NCBI GenBank assembly: GCA_045592085.1
Contig: JAZNUD010000018.1
Location: forward strand, 5,145-69,144
Direction of reading: 5' to 3'
Length of the DNA: 64,000 nt
Source: Acutalibacteraceae bacterium
GTDB lineage: Bacteria; Bacillota; Clostridia; Oscillospirales; Acutalibacteraceae
Part shown: one piece after another, positions 8,672 to 18,493 of the stretch
Numbering within the stretch: position 1 is the stretch's first letter
Layout: every line of letters begins with the position of its first letter
Position numbers and translations under genes: made by a program
Notes under the pieces: generated by a model
Told to the model about the DNA's origin: nothing
What the model saw: the letters and a program-made list of their open reading frames with translations, nothing else
The model's database searches: none

Positions 8672-9850
8672 GTGTTTTATATTAACGAAATAAATGCGGC
8701 AGGCAAAATTGCCGTGGATGATACTATCCTTGTAAAAGGAACACCTGCAACCGCAGGCTCAAAAATGCTTGAGAAATTCGTTCCTCTTTTCAGCGCGGAA
8801 GCCGTTGAAAGACTTGAAAAGGCAGGCTATGCAATCGCAGGCAAGACAAACGTCGGCGAATTCGGCCTTGACCTTATGGGCGAAACCTCTTATTTCGGTG
8901 CGGCAACCGTAAACGGCAATCTTGCAGGCGCAGCAGCAGCTCTCGTTGCAGAGGGCAAGGTCAAGGGTGCACTCTGCGTCGACCTCAACGGTGCTCCCAG
9001 AAGAGCCGCCGCAGTTTCGGGCGTTGATTTCATCAAGCCCACCTACGGTACTGTTTCCCGTTACGGTGTTATAGCCTGTGCCTGCTCGGGTGAGCAGATA
9101 GGCGTTACAGCCGCAAATGCAGACGATGCAAAGGAAATCCTTTCCGTTATCGCAGGTCACGACAGCAAGGACGGCACAAGCCTTCCTGCAGAAAAATACG
9201 ATTATTCAACAGACGAAGACGTTTCTTCAATGAAAATATGCATCGTTAAGGAGCTTTACGAAGCCGCCGATGACGCAGTTAAGGCAAATATCGACGCATA
9301 CGCAGAGAGCCTTAAGAAGCTCGGTGCAACGGTTGAAACGGTTTCACTCGATATCGTTTCTCAGGCACAGACTGCCTGGCAGATTCTTATGTCTGCGGAA
9401 ACAACCAACAATCTTTCAAGATTTGACGGCGTAAAATACGGCTACAGAGCCGCTGAATACAAGAATATCGACGAGCTTTACGTAAAGAGCCGCTCCGAGG
9501 CAATGGGATTCCTTGCAAAGGCTACAATCATTTACGGCTCCGACGTTCTTGCAAAGGCAAAATACGAAAAATGCTATGATAAATCCCTGCGTATCCGCCG
9601 CATCGTCTGCGACAAGGTAAGAGAAATTCTTGCTTCATACGATGCGATTCTTGCTCCTGCCTGCGGAAAGGCAGAGTATAAGCCTTACGATACGCTTGAT
9701 GCGTTTGAAAAGGTGTTTGAGGAGAGCCTCTTCACCGCAATTCCCTCAATCACGGGTATGCCTGCAATGGTTACAAAGGGCGTTCAGCTTATGGCTGATT
9801 CCTTCAAGGAAAGCGTTCTGCTGAGCATTGCAAAGAGCGTGGAGGTGTAA
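8672..9850 (+). CDS. gatA: GatA-like amidase-signature subunit, shortened and lacking catalytic residues
   Basis: TAGSKML, GKTNVGEF, KPTYGTVSRYG and NLSRFDGVKYG motifs; lies between GatC and gatB; triad motifs are degenerate. Confidence 0.88.
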   Translation: MFYINEINAAGKIAVDDTILVKGTPATAGSKMLEKFVPLFSAEAVERLEKAGYAIAGKTNVGEFGLDLMGETSYFGAATVNGNLAGAAAALVAEGKVKGALCVDLNGAPRRAAAVSGVDFIKPTYGTVSRYGVIACACSGEQIGVTAANADDAKEILSVIAGHDSKDGTSLPAEKYDYSTDEDVSSMKICIVKELYEAADDAVKANIDAYAESLKKLGATVETVSLDIVSQAQTAWQILMSAETTNNLSRFDGVKYGYRAAEYKNIDELYVKSRSEAMGFLAKATIIYGSDVLAKAKYEKCYDKSLRIRRIVCDKVREILASYDAILAPACGKAEYKPYDTLDAFEKVFEESLFTAIPSITGMPAMVTKGVQLMADSFKESVLLSIAKSVEV

Positions 9851-9854
9851 GATT

Positions 9855-11264
9855 ATGAAATACGAACTTGTTATAGGTCTTGAAACTCACGTTGAGCTTT
9901 CAACCGATTCAAAGCTTTTCTGCTCCTGCGGCGGTCATTCAAGCCCCAAGGAGCCCAACGATTGCGTTTGCCCTGCTTGCTGCGGTATGCCGGGTATGCT
10001 TCCCGTGACAAACAAGCACGCAATCGAGCTTGCAGTCAAGGCGGGCTTTATGCTCAACTGCAAAATCAATCAGTACACAACCTTCGATAAGAAGAGCTAT
10101 TATTATCCCGACCTTCCCTGTGCTTACCAGATTACCCAGTGGTTCCATCCCGTCTGCGTTGACGGCAGCGTTCAGATTGGCGAGAGAACAATCGGAATCA
10201 AGCAGATTCACGTTGAGGAGGACGCAGGTAAGCTCGTTCACGATGAGGCAACAAACACCTCATTCGTTGACTATAACCGCACAAGCGTTCCGCTTATCGA
10301 AATCGTCAGCAGACCCGATTTCCGTTCATCCGACGAGGTTATCGCATATCTTAAAATGCTCAAGGCAAGCCTCCAGTTTGCAGGTATTTCAGAATGCGAA
10401 GAGGGTGCAATGAGATGCGACGTCAACATTTCCGTACGTCCCGAAGGCTCAACGGAATTCGGCGTGCGCTCGGAAATCAAGAATATGAGCTCGCTTTCCG
10501 AAATCAAGGACGCAATCGAATTCGAAAAGGTACGCCACATTGATGCGATTGAACGTCATACAGAGATGCTTGTCCAGGAAACACGCCGTTGGGACGACGT
10601 CAAGAGACGTACTTTCCCGATGAGAAACAAGGAAACTGCGGCTGATTACCGCTATTTCCCCGACCCCAACCTTATGCCCATCGTTATCGATGACGAGTGG
10701 CTTGCCGAAATCAGAGCAAGTATGCCCGCAACCGCAGACGAAAAGGCTTCGCACTATGAGGCAATGGGTATTGCGGCAAAGGAAGCGGCTGTCCTTTCAT
10801 CCGACAGAAAGCTTGCCGATACCTTCGATGCAGTTGTTGCAACGGGCAGAAGCCCCAAGGTTGTTGCAGGCTGGATTCTTACCGAGTGTATGGGTCAGAT
10901 GAAGCGTCTTGAGCTTGCTTCGCTCGATATCGACGCAATGAAGCTTGCAAGAATCATCGAGCTTGTTGAAAGCGGCGAAATCACACGTGCGGCAGGTAAG
11001 AAGGTGCTTTCCGCAGTGTTTGAGAATGACGTTGAGGTTGATGCTTACTGCGAAGAAAACAAGCTCAACGCAAAGGTTGACGAGAGCTTCATTCTTGAAA
11101 CAGTACGCAAGGTTATTGCAGAGAATGAAAAGGTTGTTGCCGACTATAAGGGTGGCAAGGTCAAGGCTCTGCAGGCACTTTTCGGCAGCGTTATGAAGGA
11201 GCTTCGCGGCACGGGCTCACCCGACGTTATCCGCGCAATGCTCGAAAAAGAGCTTAACGGCTGA
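9855..11264 (+). CDS. gatB: Asp-tRNA(Asn)/Glu-tRNA(Gln) amidotransferase subunit B
   Basis: VIGLETHVEL, YYYPDLP, HVEEDAGK, PLIEIVS, RCDVNIS, QETR and YRYFPDP motifs; C-terminal YqeY-like domain. Confidence 0.96.
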   Translation: MKYELVIGLETHVELSTDSKLFCSCGGHSSPKEPNDCVCPACCGMPGMLPVTNKHAIELAVKAGFMLNCKINQYTTFDKKSYYYPDLPCAYQITQWFHPVCVDGSVQIGERTIGIKQIHVEEDAGKLVHDEATNTSFVDYNRTSVPLIEIVSRPDFRSSDEVIAYLKMLKASLQFAGISECEEGAMRCDVNISVRPEGSTEFGVRSEIKNMSSLSEIKDAIEFEKVRHIDAIERHTEMLVQETRRWDDVKRRTFPMRNKETAADYRYFPDPNLMPIVIDDEWLAEIRASMPATADEKASHYEAMGIAAKEAAVLSSDRKLADTFDAVVATGRSPKVVAGWILTECMGQMKRLELASLDIDAMKLARIIELVESGEITRAAGKKVLSAVFENDVEVDAYCEENKLNAKVDESFILETVRKVIAENEKVVADYKGGKVKALQALFGSVMKELRGTGSPDVIRAMLEKELNG

Positions 11265-11279
11265 TTATGAAATAAAAAT

Positions 11280-11322
11280 GCGACTTGTACGGGATTATTT
11301 CCCTGCAGGTCGCTTTTTGTTT
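11280..11322 (+). terminator. Intrinsic terminator after gatB
   Basis: GCGACTTGTA..GGGA / TCCCTGCAGGTCGC stem followed by a T-tract. Confidence 0.75.
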
Positions 11323-11494
11323 AGTTTAAATAATTATTGTATTTTTTGTTTTACTATGCTATAATAAAATGAATTATTATCTTTTTTTGCATATTATTAC
11401 AGATCTGCAGAGTTGTATGCAAAAGCATTCACGGGTCCTGATAAAAAACGTCAGGCAGTCAATAACGAGATTATACAGTAAGGCGGAACTTTTT

Positions 11495-12313
11495 ATGTTA
11501 AAATGGCTTCGGAGAATAACACTGCTTGTGTTTGCGGTTACTCTTGTTGCTTTCGTTGTTTTTACGGCGATAGACAGGATTACAACCGATACGTCAATAC
11601 CCGAAATTGCCGTTGAAACGGCGGAGCTTTCAATAAGCGTCAAGGACGGCAGGGAAGCGTTGCTTCAGGGCGTCACCGCTTTTGATGAAAAAGACGGCGA
11701 TATCAGCGAAAAGGTGCTTGTTGAATCGGTTTCAAAATTCATTGAGCCTGGCGTTTTTGACGTAACATACGCCGTTTCCGACAGCGACAATCACGTTTCG
11801 AAGGCGATGCGGAGAGTCCGTTATACGGATTATACCCAGCCTGAATTCTATATGAAGAGAGCATTGGTTTATTCCGTTGACGAGGACGTTGATATCCGTG
11901 CGGCAGTCGGTGCAAGGGACTGCATTGACGGTGATATAAGCGACAAGGTTACCATCGTTGCGACCGATTTCGTTCAGAATACCGCAGGCGTATTCACCGT
12001 TTCTCTTCAGGTTGCAAACAGTATGGGTCATATGATTTATCTTGACGTAACCGTCCACGTTGAGGGCAACGAAACGATGGCTCCCGAAATTCAGCTTGAG
12101 AAATCGCTCATTTACATAAAGAAGGGTGAAAAGCCCGTATTCGAAGATTACATCAAGGAAGTTACGGTTAACGGCGTGCTTATGGAAAATTACGGCTTGC
12201 TGGTTTCAACAAACTTCAACAGCGAAAAGGAAGGTACGTATAACGTGCATTTTTACGTTTCAACAGATGACGGCTACGAAGGACATTCGATTCTTACCGT
12301 TGTTGTTGAATGA
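11495..12313 (+). CDS. Membrane-anchored Ig-like repeat protein (DUF5011-like), first gene of the polysaccharide operon
   Basis: N-terminal TM; repeats GVTAFDEKDGDIS, GARDCIDGDIS and EGTYNVHF; start ATG 11495 after AAGGCGG. Confidence 0.75.
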   Translation: MLKWLRRITLLVFAVTLVAFVVFTAIDRITTDTSIPEIAVETAELSISVKDGREALLQGVTAFDEKDGDISEKVLVESVSKFIEPGVFDVTYAVSDSDNHVSKAMRRVRYTDYTQPEFYMKRALVYSVDEDVDIRAAVGARDCIDGDISDKVTIVATDFVQNTAGVFTVSLQVANSMGHMIYLDVTVHVEGNETMAPEIQLEKSLIYIKKGEKPVFEDYIKEVTVNGVLMENYGLLVSTNFNSEKEGTYNVHFYVSTDDGYEGHSILTVVVE

Positions 12314-12328
12314 TTGGGGTGATAAGGC

Positions 12329-13795
12329 TTGAAAAAGAATAAATCTTGGTTTTCGGTAACGTTTGAGTGGAACAGCCTTATCAAAGACCTGATTCGCAAC
12401 GTGTGGATAATAGCCCTTGCGGTGCTGATTGCTTATATGGGAATTCAGGTTTACGAAAAGAGTATCTATACTCCGACGTATACGAGCAGGGCAATCCTTG
12501 TTGTCCGTGCAAAGGTCGGCTCCTCGGGAATCTACAGCAATCTTGCTTCATCCTCGGAGATGGCAACGATTTTCACAAACGTTTTCCAGCAGCCGTCAAT
12601 GAAAAAGCTTGCGGCGGAAAATCTCGGTCTGGGCAAGTTTGACGGAACGATTACCGCAGAGGTAACGGGTACAACCAACCTGCTCAACGTTTCAGTCAAA
12701 AGCACAAGCCCCGAGGCGGCGTTCAGGCTGCTTTCGTCGGTGCTTGAGGTGTATCCGAATATTTCCGATACGATTTTCACCGATGCCGTTATCGATATCA
12801 TTTCAAATCCGAATATGCCCACCTCACCGTCAAACTCATCGCTGATTACTTACAGAAACCAGATTTTGCTCATTGCGATGGCTCTTGCGGTGGCGGCGAT
12901 AGTTCTCGGCTCGCTTATGCGTGAAACGGTCAAGGAGACAAAGGGCTTCAGCGATAAAATCGATTCTTCTCTTATCGGAACGGTTTCTCACGAAAAGGCA
13001 CACCTTTCATCAAAGGAAAAGCTGAAAAAGAAAAAGCGTTCGCTGCTGATAAACGATGCTTATTCGTCGCTGAAATTTACGGAGGATTACCGCAAAATCG
13101 CAACGAAGCTCGAATATATGCAGAAAAAGAAGGGCGAAAAGATTTTTTCAATCACAAGCGTTGCTGAAAACGAAGGCAAGTCAACCGTTGCGGCAAACCT
13201 TGCAATTGCGCTTTCAAACAGAGGCTATAAGGTTGCTCTTGTTGACCTTGACGTGCTCAAGCCTTCAATCCATAAGATTTTCGATTTCCATCAGGAAATA
13301 ACAAACGGCTTTTCCGACGTTCTTTCCAAGAAGATTTCTCTTGCCGATTTCAGCTTTTTCCGTTACAAAAAAAGCAACTTGGTAATAGCTTTCAACAGGA
13401 AAACCCAGGATGACGTGAAGGATCTGCTTGAAGGCGAAACCCTGACGGAGTGTCTGGAAACTCTCCGCAAAAAAATGGATTTCGTTATCATTGATACGTC
13501 TCCTGTTTCGGTTTCCGCCGATGCGGTTTCAATCTCCGCACACGCCGACAAGATTATGCTTGTTGTCAGGACTGATACCGTTGCGGTGCAGGATATCAAC
13601 GATGCCATTCTTTCAATCCGTGATTCGGGCGGAAAGCTTGAGGGCTGCATTCTTAACGACGTCTATAAGGAATTCACTCTCTTCGGTCAGATGGGCACCG
13701 ATGAATCCGGCTATTACAGAAGCGGATACAGCTACAGAAGGCAGCCTTCCCCTGGTGAAGGCTCTTCGGAAGGCGGCTATGAAGCTTCAAACTAA
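12329..13795 (+). CDS. Wzc-like polysaccharide co-polymerase / BY-kinase fusion (copy 1)
   Basis: Two TM segments flanking a Wzz-type loop (PTYTS); Walker A SVAENEGKST, LVDLD and IIDTSP; short Tyr-containing tail. Confidence 0.88.
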   Translation: MKKNKSWFSVTFEWNSLIKDLIRNVWIIALAVLIAYMGIQVYEKSIYTPTYTSRAILVVRAKVGSSGIYSNLASSSEMATIFTNVFQQPSMKKLAAENLGLGKFDGTITAEVTGTTNLLNVSVKSTSPEAAFRLLSSVLEVYPNISDTIFTDAVIDIISNPNMPTSPSNSSLITYRNQILLIAMALAVAAIVLGSLMRETVKETKGFSDKIDSSLIGTVSHEKAHLSSKEKLKKKKRSLLINDAYSSLKFTEDYRKIATKLEYMQKKKGEKIFSITSVAENEGKSTVAANLAIALSNRGYKVALVDLDVLKPSIHKIFDFHQEITNGFSDVLSKKISLADFSFFRYKKSNLVIAFNRKTQDDVKDLLEGETLTECLETLRKKMDFVIIDTSPVSVSADAVSISAHADKIMLVVRTDTVAVQDINDAILSIRDSGGKLEGCILNDVYKEFTLFGQMGTDESGYYRSGYSYRRQPSPGEGSSEGGYEASN

Positions 13796-13816
13796 ATCGA
13801 GAAATAAGGTTATTTT

Positions 13817-15292
13817 ATGAATAATAATGTCACAAATAACGATAACACCAATTCATCCGTTGAAATCAAGGTGCTGATAAGCGATATCTGGCGCGGTGTG
13901 GCAAAATTCGGCTGGATTGTTGTTGCGCTTGCAGTGCTTTTCGGAGGTCTGCAGTTTTACAGAAGCTACGTGCGTTTTACTCCCGTCTATACCGTTTCGG
14001 CAACCTTTACCGTTCAAACGGAAAACAAGGTGCTTTCGGGCGAAAACGGAGTTTCCGCATATTCGTTCTTCTATAACAAAAATACCGCCGACCAGCTTGC
14101 AAGTGTTTTTCCGAATATTATCAGCAACCCCATTCTGACAAAGAAGGTCTGCGAGGAGCTTTCGGTAACGAATATGCCCGCAACCGTTACTGCCACTTGT
14201 ATAAGCGATACCAATATGGTAACCCTTACGGCAACGGGCAGAGACCCCGACCTGACGTATAACACGTTGGATTCGGTTATCAGAAATTATTCGATGGTTG
14301 CGGATTATATAATCGGACGAACAAAGCTTGTTGTTATCAGCGAGCCTGTTTTTCCCGAAACGCCGTCCAATAAAATGGCGTGGCGTTCATCGGTGCTTCG
14401 TGCGGCTCTTATCGGTGCTGTTCTCGGTGTCGGCTGGATTATGGTCTACGCAATTCTCAGAAAGACTGTCCGCACCAAAGAAGATATACGCAACATTCTC
14501 AACCGTAACTGCATCGGCGTTCTTCCGCAGGTTGTTTTTAAGAAGTACCGCAGAAAGGTCAATACCGACGTAATTCTGACAAACCCGTTGATAGGCGGCG
14601 ATTTTCTTGAATCGGTGCGTTTGCTGAGAAACTCGGTGTCTACCCTTATCAACGAAGATGAAAAGGTTGTTATGATAACGAGCACCGCCCCCGGCGAGGG
14701 CAAATCCGTTGTTACGGTTAACCTTGCCGAAATCTTTGCGCGAAACAGCAAAAAGGTTCTTGTTGTCGATTGCGATCTTCGCAATTCGGGAATCCGTCAC
14801 GTTATAGACGAATCGGAAAAAGAAACGCTTGAAAAAACGGATACTTATGAAATTCTCAGAAAAAGCGATCTGAATTTTGATATTCTTGAATTTACTGTTG
14901 CCGATAACGATATAAATACCGTAATCCGTACAGCGGCGCTGAAAACATTTTTCGGAAGATTAAGGGAGGAATACGACCTTATCCTTGTTGATACGCCTCC
15001 CTGCGGAATCATTTCCGATGCAAGCATTGTTGCAGGCGCTACGGATGCGATGATTTACGTTATCAGGCAGGATGCTGTTATGCAGACCGCAATCAGATCG
15101 GGCATCAGCTCAATGCTTGAAACCGAAACAAGATTCCTCGGCTGCATCCTCAACGGTGCAACGGGAGGTCTCGGCGGATACGGCAACTATTATAAATACG
15201 GCGGATATAACAAATATTACCGCTACGGACATTCGTACAAATACGGCTATGGCCATTCACATAAAAGCGGCTACGGTTACGGCGGCAAATAA
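13817..15292 (+). CDS. Wzc-like polysaccharide co-polymerase / BY-kinase fusion (copy 2)
   Basis: Two TMs; Walker A STAPGEGKS, VVDCDLR and LVDTPP; Gly/Tyr-rich C-terminal tail. Confidence 0.9.
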   Translation: MNNNVTNNDNTNSSVEIKVLISDIWRGVAKFGWIVVALAVLFGGLQFYRSYVRFTPVYTVSATFTVQTENKVLSGENGVSAYSFFYNKNTADQLASVFPNIISNPILTKKVCEELSVTNMPATVTATCISDTNMVTLTATGRDPDLTYNTLDSVIRNYSMVADYIIGRTKLVVISEPVFPETPSNKMAWRSSVLRAALIGAVLGVGWIMVYAILRKTVRTKEDIRNILNRNCIGVLPQVVFKKYRRKVNTDVILTNPLIGGDFLESVRLLRNSVSTLINEDEKVVMITSTAPGEGKSVVTVNLAEIFARNSKKVLVVDCDLRNSGIRHVIDESEKETLEKTDTYEILRKSDLNFDILEFTVADNDINTVIRTAALKTFFGRLREEYDLILVDTPPCGIISDASIVAGATDAMIYVIRQDAVMQTAIRSGISSMLETETRFLGCILNGATGGLGGYGNYYKYGGYNKYYRYGHSYKYGYGHSHKSGYGYGGK

Positions 15293-15311
15293 TAAATTCC
15301 GATGAAGTGAG

Positions 15312-17051
15312 TTGATTGAATTGAAGAAGCCAAGTGAATATGTTGAGCTTTTCCGTTCGCTCGGAAAAGAATGGAAGTGGCTTCTGCAATACGTTTCAAA
15401 ATACCGTCTGCAGATAGTCTTTTACGTCGTTGTCGGTCTCGTGAGCACAGCTATGGGTCTCGGTTCAAGCGTTGCGTCGAAGTATCTCATTGATTCCGTT
15501 GTTTCTCACGATAACGACACCATTCTCGGAAGTGCATTGCTTGCGGTCGGTCTCGGTGTTGCTCAGATTGCGGTCGGAGCGGTTGTTTCCAGAATTGCAG
15601 GCGTTGTCGGCACGAAAATCAGCACCGAAATCCGCAGCGGTGTCTATGAGCACGTTGTTTATTCCAAATGGGAGGATATAAGAAAATACCATTCGGGTGA
15701 CCTCCTCAACAGAATCGAAGGCGACGTAACGGCTGTTTCAAACAGCATTATTTCCTACATACCGAGCGTTTTCACAAAGGGTGCGCAGTTTGTCGGATGC
15801 CTTGCAGTCGTGCTTTATTATGACCCCACAATGGTGATATTTGCTTTTATGAGCGCGCCGTTTCTCGTTTTATCGTCAAGGATAACCACCAGAATGGTGC
15901 GTAAATATAACAAGGAAAGCCGTGAAATGAACGGCAAAATCCTTTCCTTCTATTCGGAAACAATCCAGAATCTGCAGACAATCAAGGCGTTTGATATAAC
16001 GAAACGCTATATCGAGCAGATCAAGGTCAATCTTGAGCTTCACAGAAAAATCAAGCTCGACCACGATAAGTTTTCAATTGTTATGAGCCTGTGTATGTCA
16101 TTTATCGGTCTTGCTGTTGCATATACCTGCTACGGCTGGGGCGTTTACAGACTCTGGCAGGGCGCGATAACCTACGGCACGATGACTCTTTTTCTTCAGA
16201 TTTCGGGTCAGCTTACAAGCTCGTTTTCTTCTATCGTTTCTCTTCTTCCCGGCGCAATTACCATTGCAACCGCCGCAGGCAGAATTATGGAAATCACCGA
16301 CCTGCCGCTTGAAAAAAGAGAAGACGATGCCGAAGCGGAAAAGATGGAAGAATCCGCAAACGAAAACGGCGTAAAAATCTTCTGCGATTCGCTCAGATAC
16401 ACTTATCCCGATGCAGATGCACCGGTTATCAGCGATGCGTCATTTGAGGCTTCTCCCGGCGAAACGATTGCTTTTGTCGGACCTTCTGGCGAAGGTAAAA
16501 CAACTCTTCTCAGGCTTATTCTCGGCCTTGTTGAGCCCGATTCGGGAGTTCTGGAGCTTGAGTCTGCGGAGGGCAGCAGAATTTCGGTTTCCGAGTGCAC
16601 AAGGCGATTCTGCTCCTATGTGCCCCAGGGTAATGCAATTTTTTCGGGCACGATTGCGGATAATCTGCGTATCGTCCGTCCCGAGGCTGATGACGGCGAG
16701 CTTATTGCTGCGCTTGAAACGGCGGATGCCTGGAGCTTTGTCAGCGAGCTTCCTCTTGGAATCAACACTGAAATCAGCGAAAAGGGTACCAACTTTTCTG
16801 AGGGTCAGGTGCAGAGAATTTCCATTGCGAGAGCGATTCTCAGAGATGCTCCGATTATTGTTATGGACGAGGCTACGAGTGCGCTTGATGCGGATACCGA
16901 GGCAACAGTGCTTGCCAATATGATGAAGGCTTATCCCAACAGAACAAGGATTATCACAACGCACAGACCCAGTATGCTTCAGTATTGCACAAGGGTTTAC
17001 CGAATCAACGAAGACGGTGTTCTTACAGAAGATAACGATGCAACTGAATAA
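15312..17051 (+). CDS. ABC exporter, fused TMD-NBD
   Basis: TMD with HSGDLLNRIEGD; Walker A GPSGEGKT, YVPQ, FSEGQ signature, DEATSALD and H-loop THR. Confidence 0.93.
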   Translation: MIELKKPSEYVELFRSLGKEWKWLLQYVSKYRLQIVFYVVVGLVSTAMGLGSSVASKYLIDSVVSHDNDTILGSALLAVGLGVAQIAVGAVVSRIAGVVGTKISTEIRSGVYEHVVYSKWEDIRKYHSGDLLNRIEGDVTAVSNSIISYIPSVFTKGAQFVGCLAVVLYYDPTMVIFAFMSAPFLVLSSRITTRMVRKYNKESREMNGKILSFYSETIQNLQTIKAFDITKRYIEQIKVNLELHRKIKLDHDKFSIVMSLCMSFIGLAVAYTCYGWGVYRLWQGAITYGTMTLFLQISGQLTSSFSSIVSLLPGAITIATAAGRIMEITDLPLEKREDDAEAEKMEESANENGVKIFCDSLRYTYPDADAPVISDASFEASPGETIAFVGPSGEGKTTLLRLILGLVEPDSGVLELESAEGSRISVSECTRRFCSYVPQGNAIFSGTIADNLRIVRPEADDGELIAALETADAWSFVSELPLGINTEISEKGTNFSEGQVQRISIARAILRDAPIIVMDEATSALDADTEATVLANMMKAYPNRTRIITTHRPSMLQYCTRVYRINEDGVLTEDNDATE

Positions 17052-17057
17052 ACTATC

Positions 17058-17098
17058 AAGGATGCACCCACCCAAAACGGTGCATCCTTTTATTTTTT
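17058..17098 (+). terminator. Intrinsic terminator after ABC exporter
   Basis: AAGGATGCACC/GGTGCATCCTT perfect stem followed by a T-rich tail. Confidence 0.8.
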
Positions 17099-17110
17099 AT
17101 TATTTTCATA

Positions 17111-17139
17111 TTGATTAAATAGAATTTAGATGATATAAT
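17111..17139 (+). promoter_or_regulatory. Sigma-A promoter for the RiPP-like/polysaccharide operon
   Basis: TTGATT-17 nt-TATAAT with extended -10 TGn. Confidence 0.7.
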
Positions 17140-17175
17140 TTAAAATGGATTATAACGTAAAACGGAGACGGAGTT

Positions 17176-17445
17176 ATGTATAAGATAAAAGAAGGCTTTA
17201 TAATCAGAAAAGTCGGCGGGCAGATTATGGCTGTGCCCACGGGCAAAATGACCTCTGAAATCCACGGGATGATTATTCTTACCGAGAGCGGTGAATTGCT
17301 GTGGAATGCGATGCTCGGCGGTGCGGAAGAAGAGTACCTTGCTGATATTCTGACTGAAAACTACGAGGTTGAGAGAGAAACCGCACTTGCTGACGTGCGC
17401 AAATTCATTTCTTCGCTCAGGGAGCAGGGTGCGCTCGATGAATGA
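17176..17445 (+). CDS. PqqD-family RiPP recognition element (RRE)
   Basis: 89 aa; LTESGELLW...LADILTENYEVERETALADVRKFISSLREQGAL is the typical stand-alone PqqD pattern. Confidence 0.9.
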   Translation: MYKIKEGFIIRKVGGQIMAVPTGKMTSEIHGMIILTESGELLWNAMLGGAEEEYLADILTENYEVERETALADVRKFISSLREQGALDE

Positions 17446-18493
17446 CTGTCAGCGCCTGAGCGGAAACATTCTTGAGCAGATCAGCAGCTGGGCAAAAAAG
17501 AATTTTGTCCCCCTCAATGCAACCTTCGAACTCACACCGTTTTGCAATTTCAGATGCGTGATGTGCTACGTCCGCCTTAATAAGAATGAGGCGGAAAGGC
17601 AGGGCAAAATGCTTTCTGCCGATGAATGGCTAGGAATTGCACGTCAGGCACGGGATATGGGCACGCTTTACGTTACTCTGACGGGCGGAGAGCCGTTTCT
17701 CCATCCCGAATTCTGGAAAATATATGAAGAGCTCAACAAAATGGGCTTTCTGATTTCGATTCTCTCAAACGGCTATCATATCGATGAATCTGCAATTGAA
17801 AAATTCCGCGAATTCGGTATGCCGTTTATGATAAAGCTCACTCTTTACGGTGCAAGTGACGAAACGTATAAAAAGGTCTGCGGCTCTTCGGACGGATTTA
17901 CAAGAATTTCAAAAGCCGTTGATTTGTTGGTGCAGGAAAAGGTGCCGCTTAAAATGACTTCGACAATTGTTCGTGAAAATGCGCACGATCTGCAGGCGAT
18001 ATATGCTTTTGCAAGGAAAAAAGAGATTCCGATGCAGCATACGGTTTCTGTTGTCAGATCATCGAGAAATTCCGAAAACACAACCGAAAGCTCCCGATTC
18101 GCCTTAAGCGATTTTCCTGAAGAGATTACTCTTGAGGAGCTTGAAAAATCAAAGTTTCCTCCGCTTGAATCTCCGTTTGCCTGGTGCGCAAGCTACGGCT
18201 CGTCCGTCTGGATGACCTGGCACGGACACGTTCAGATGTGCTCATTTATGAGCATTCCCGAGATTGTTTATTCGGGAGAACTCGCTTCGGACTATATCCG
18301 TTTGCACAGAGAGCTTGAAAAAATCAAAAATCCGTCGGAATGTGCGGAATGCGAATGGCAGGAATTCTGTCAGCGCTGTCCCGGCGTGCTTTGCTCCGAA
18401 AGCGGACACCCCGAAAAAACCGATGCAGGTCTTTGCGATATGGCAAAGAGACTGTATGAATTATACACACAAAGAAAAGGAGAACGGATATGA
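17438..18493 (+). CDS. Radical SAM protein with SPASM-like C-terminus (peptide maturase-like)
   Basis: CNFRCVMC, LTGGEP and ILSNG; C-terminal C-x17-C...CAECEWQEFCQRCP...C...C; overlaps pqqD. Confidence 0.92.
   Translation: MNDCQRLSGNILEQISSWAKKNFVPLNATFELTPFCNFRCVMCYVRLNKNEAERQGKMLSADEWLGIARQARDMGTLYVTLTGGEPFLHPEFWKIYEELNKMGFLISILSNGYHIDESAIEKFREFGMPFMIKLTLYGASDETYKKVCGSSDGFTRISKAVDLLVQEKVPLKMTSTIVRENAHDLQAIYAFARKKEIPMQHTVSVVRSSRNSENTTESSRFALSDFPEEITLEELEKSKFPPLESPFAWCASYGSSVWMTWHGHVQMCSFMSIPEIVYSGELASDYIRLHRELEKIKNPSECAECEWQEFCQRCPGVLCSESGHPEKTDAGLCDMAKRLYELYTQRKGERI

Noticed and set aside
8672-9850. gatA as a decaying pseudogene
   Set aside because: The ORF is intact with an RBS, normal codon usage and conserved structural motifs; losses are concentrated on catalytic and substrate residues.
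11395-11470. Possible c-di-GMP-I riboswitch or antitermination RNA in the EPS leader (GCAAAA..CACGGGTCCTGA..TCAGG)
   Set aside because: Only a short hairpin; the GAAA tetraloop stem and receptor are not evident. Needs cmscan.
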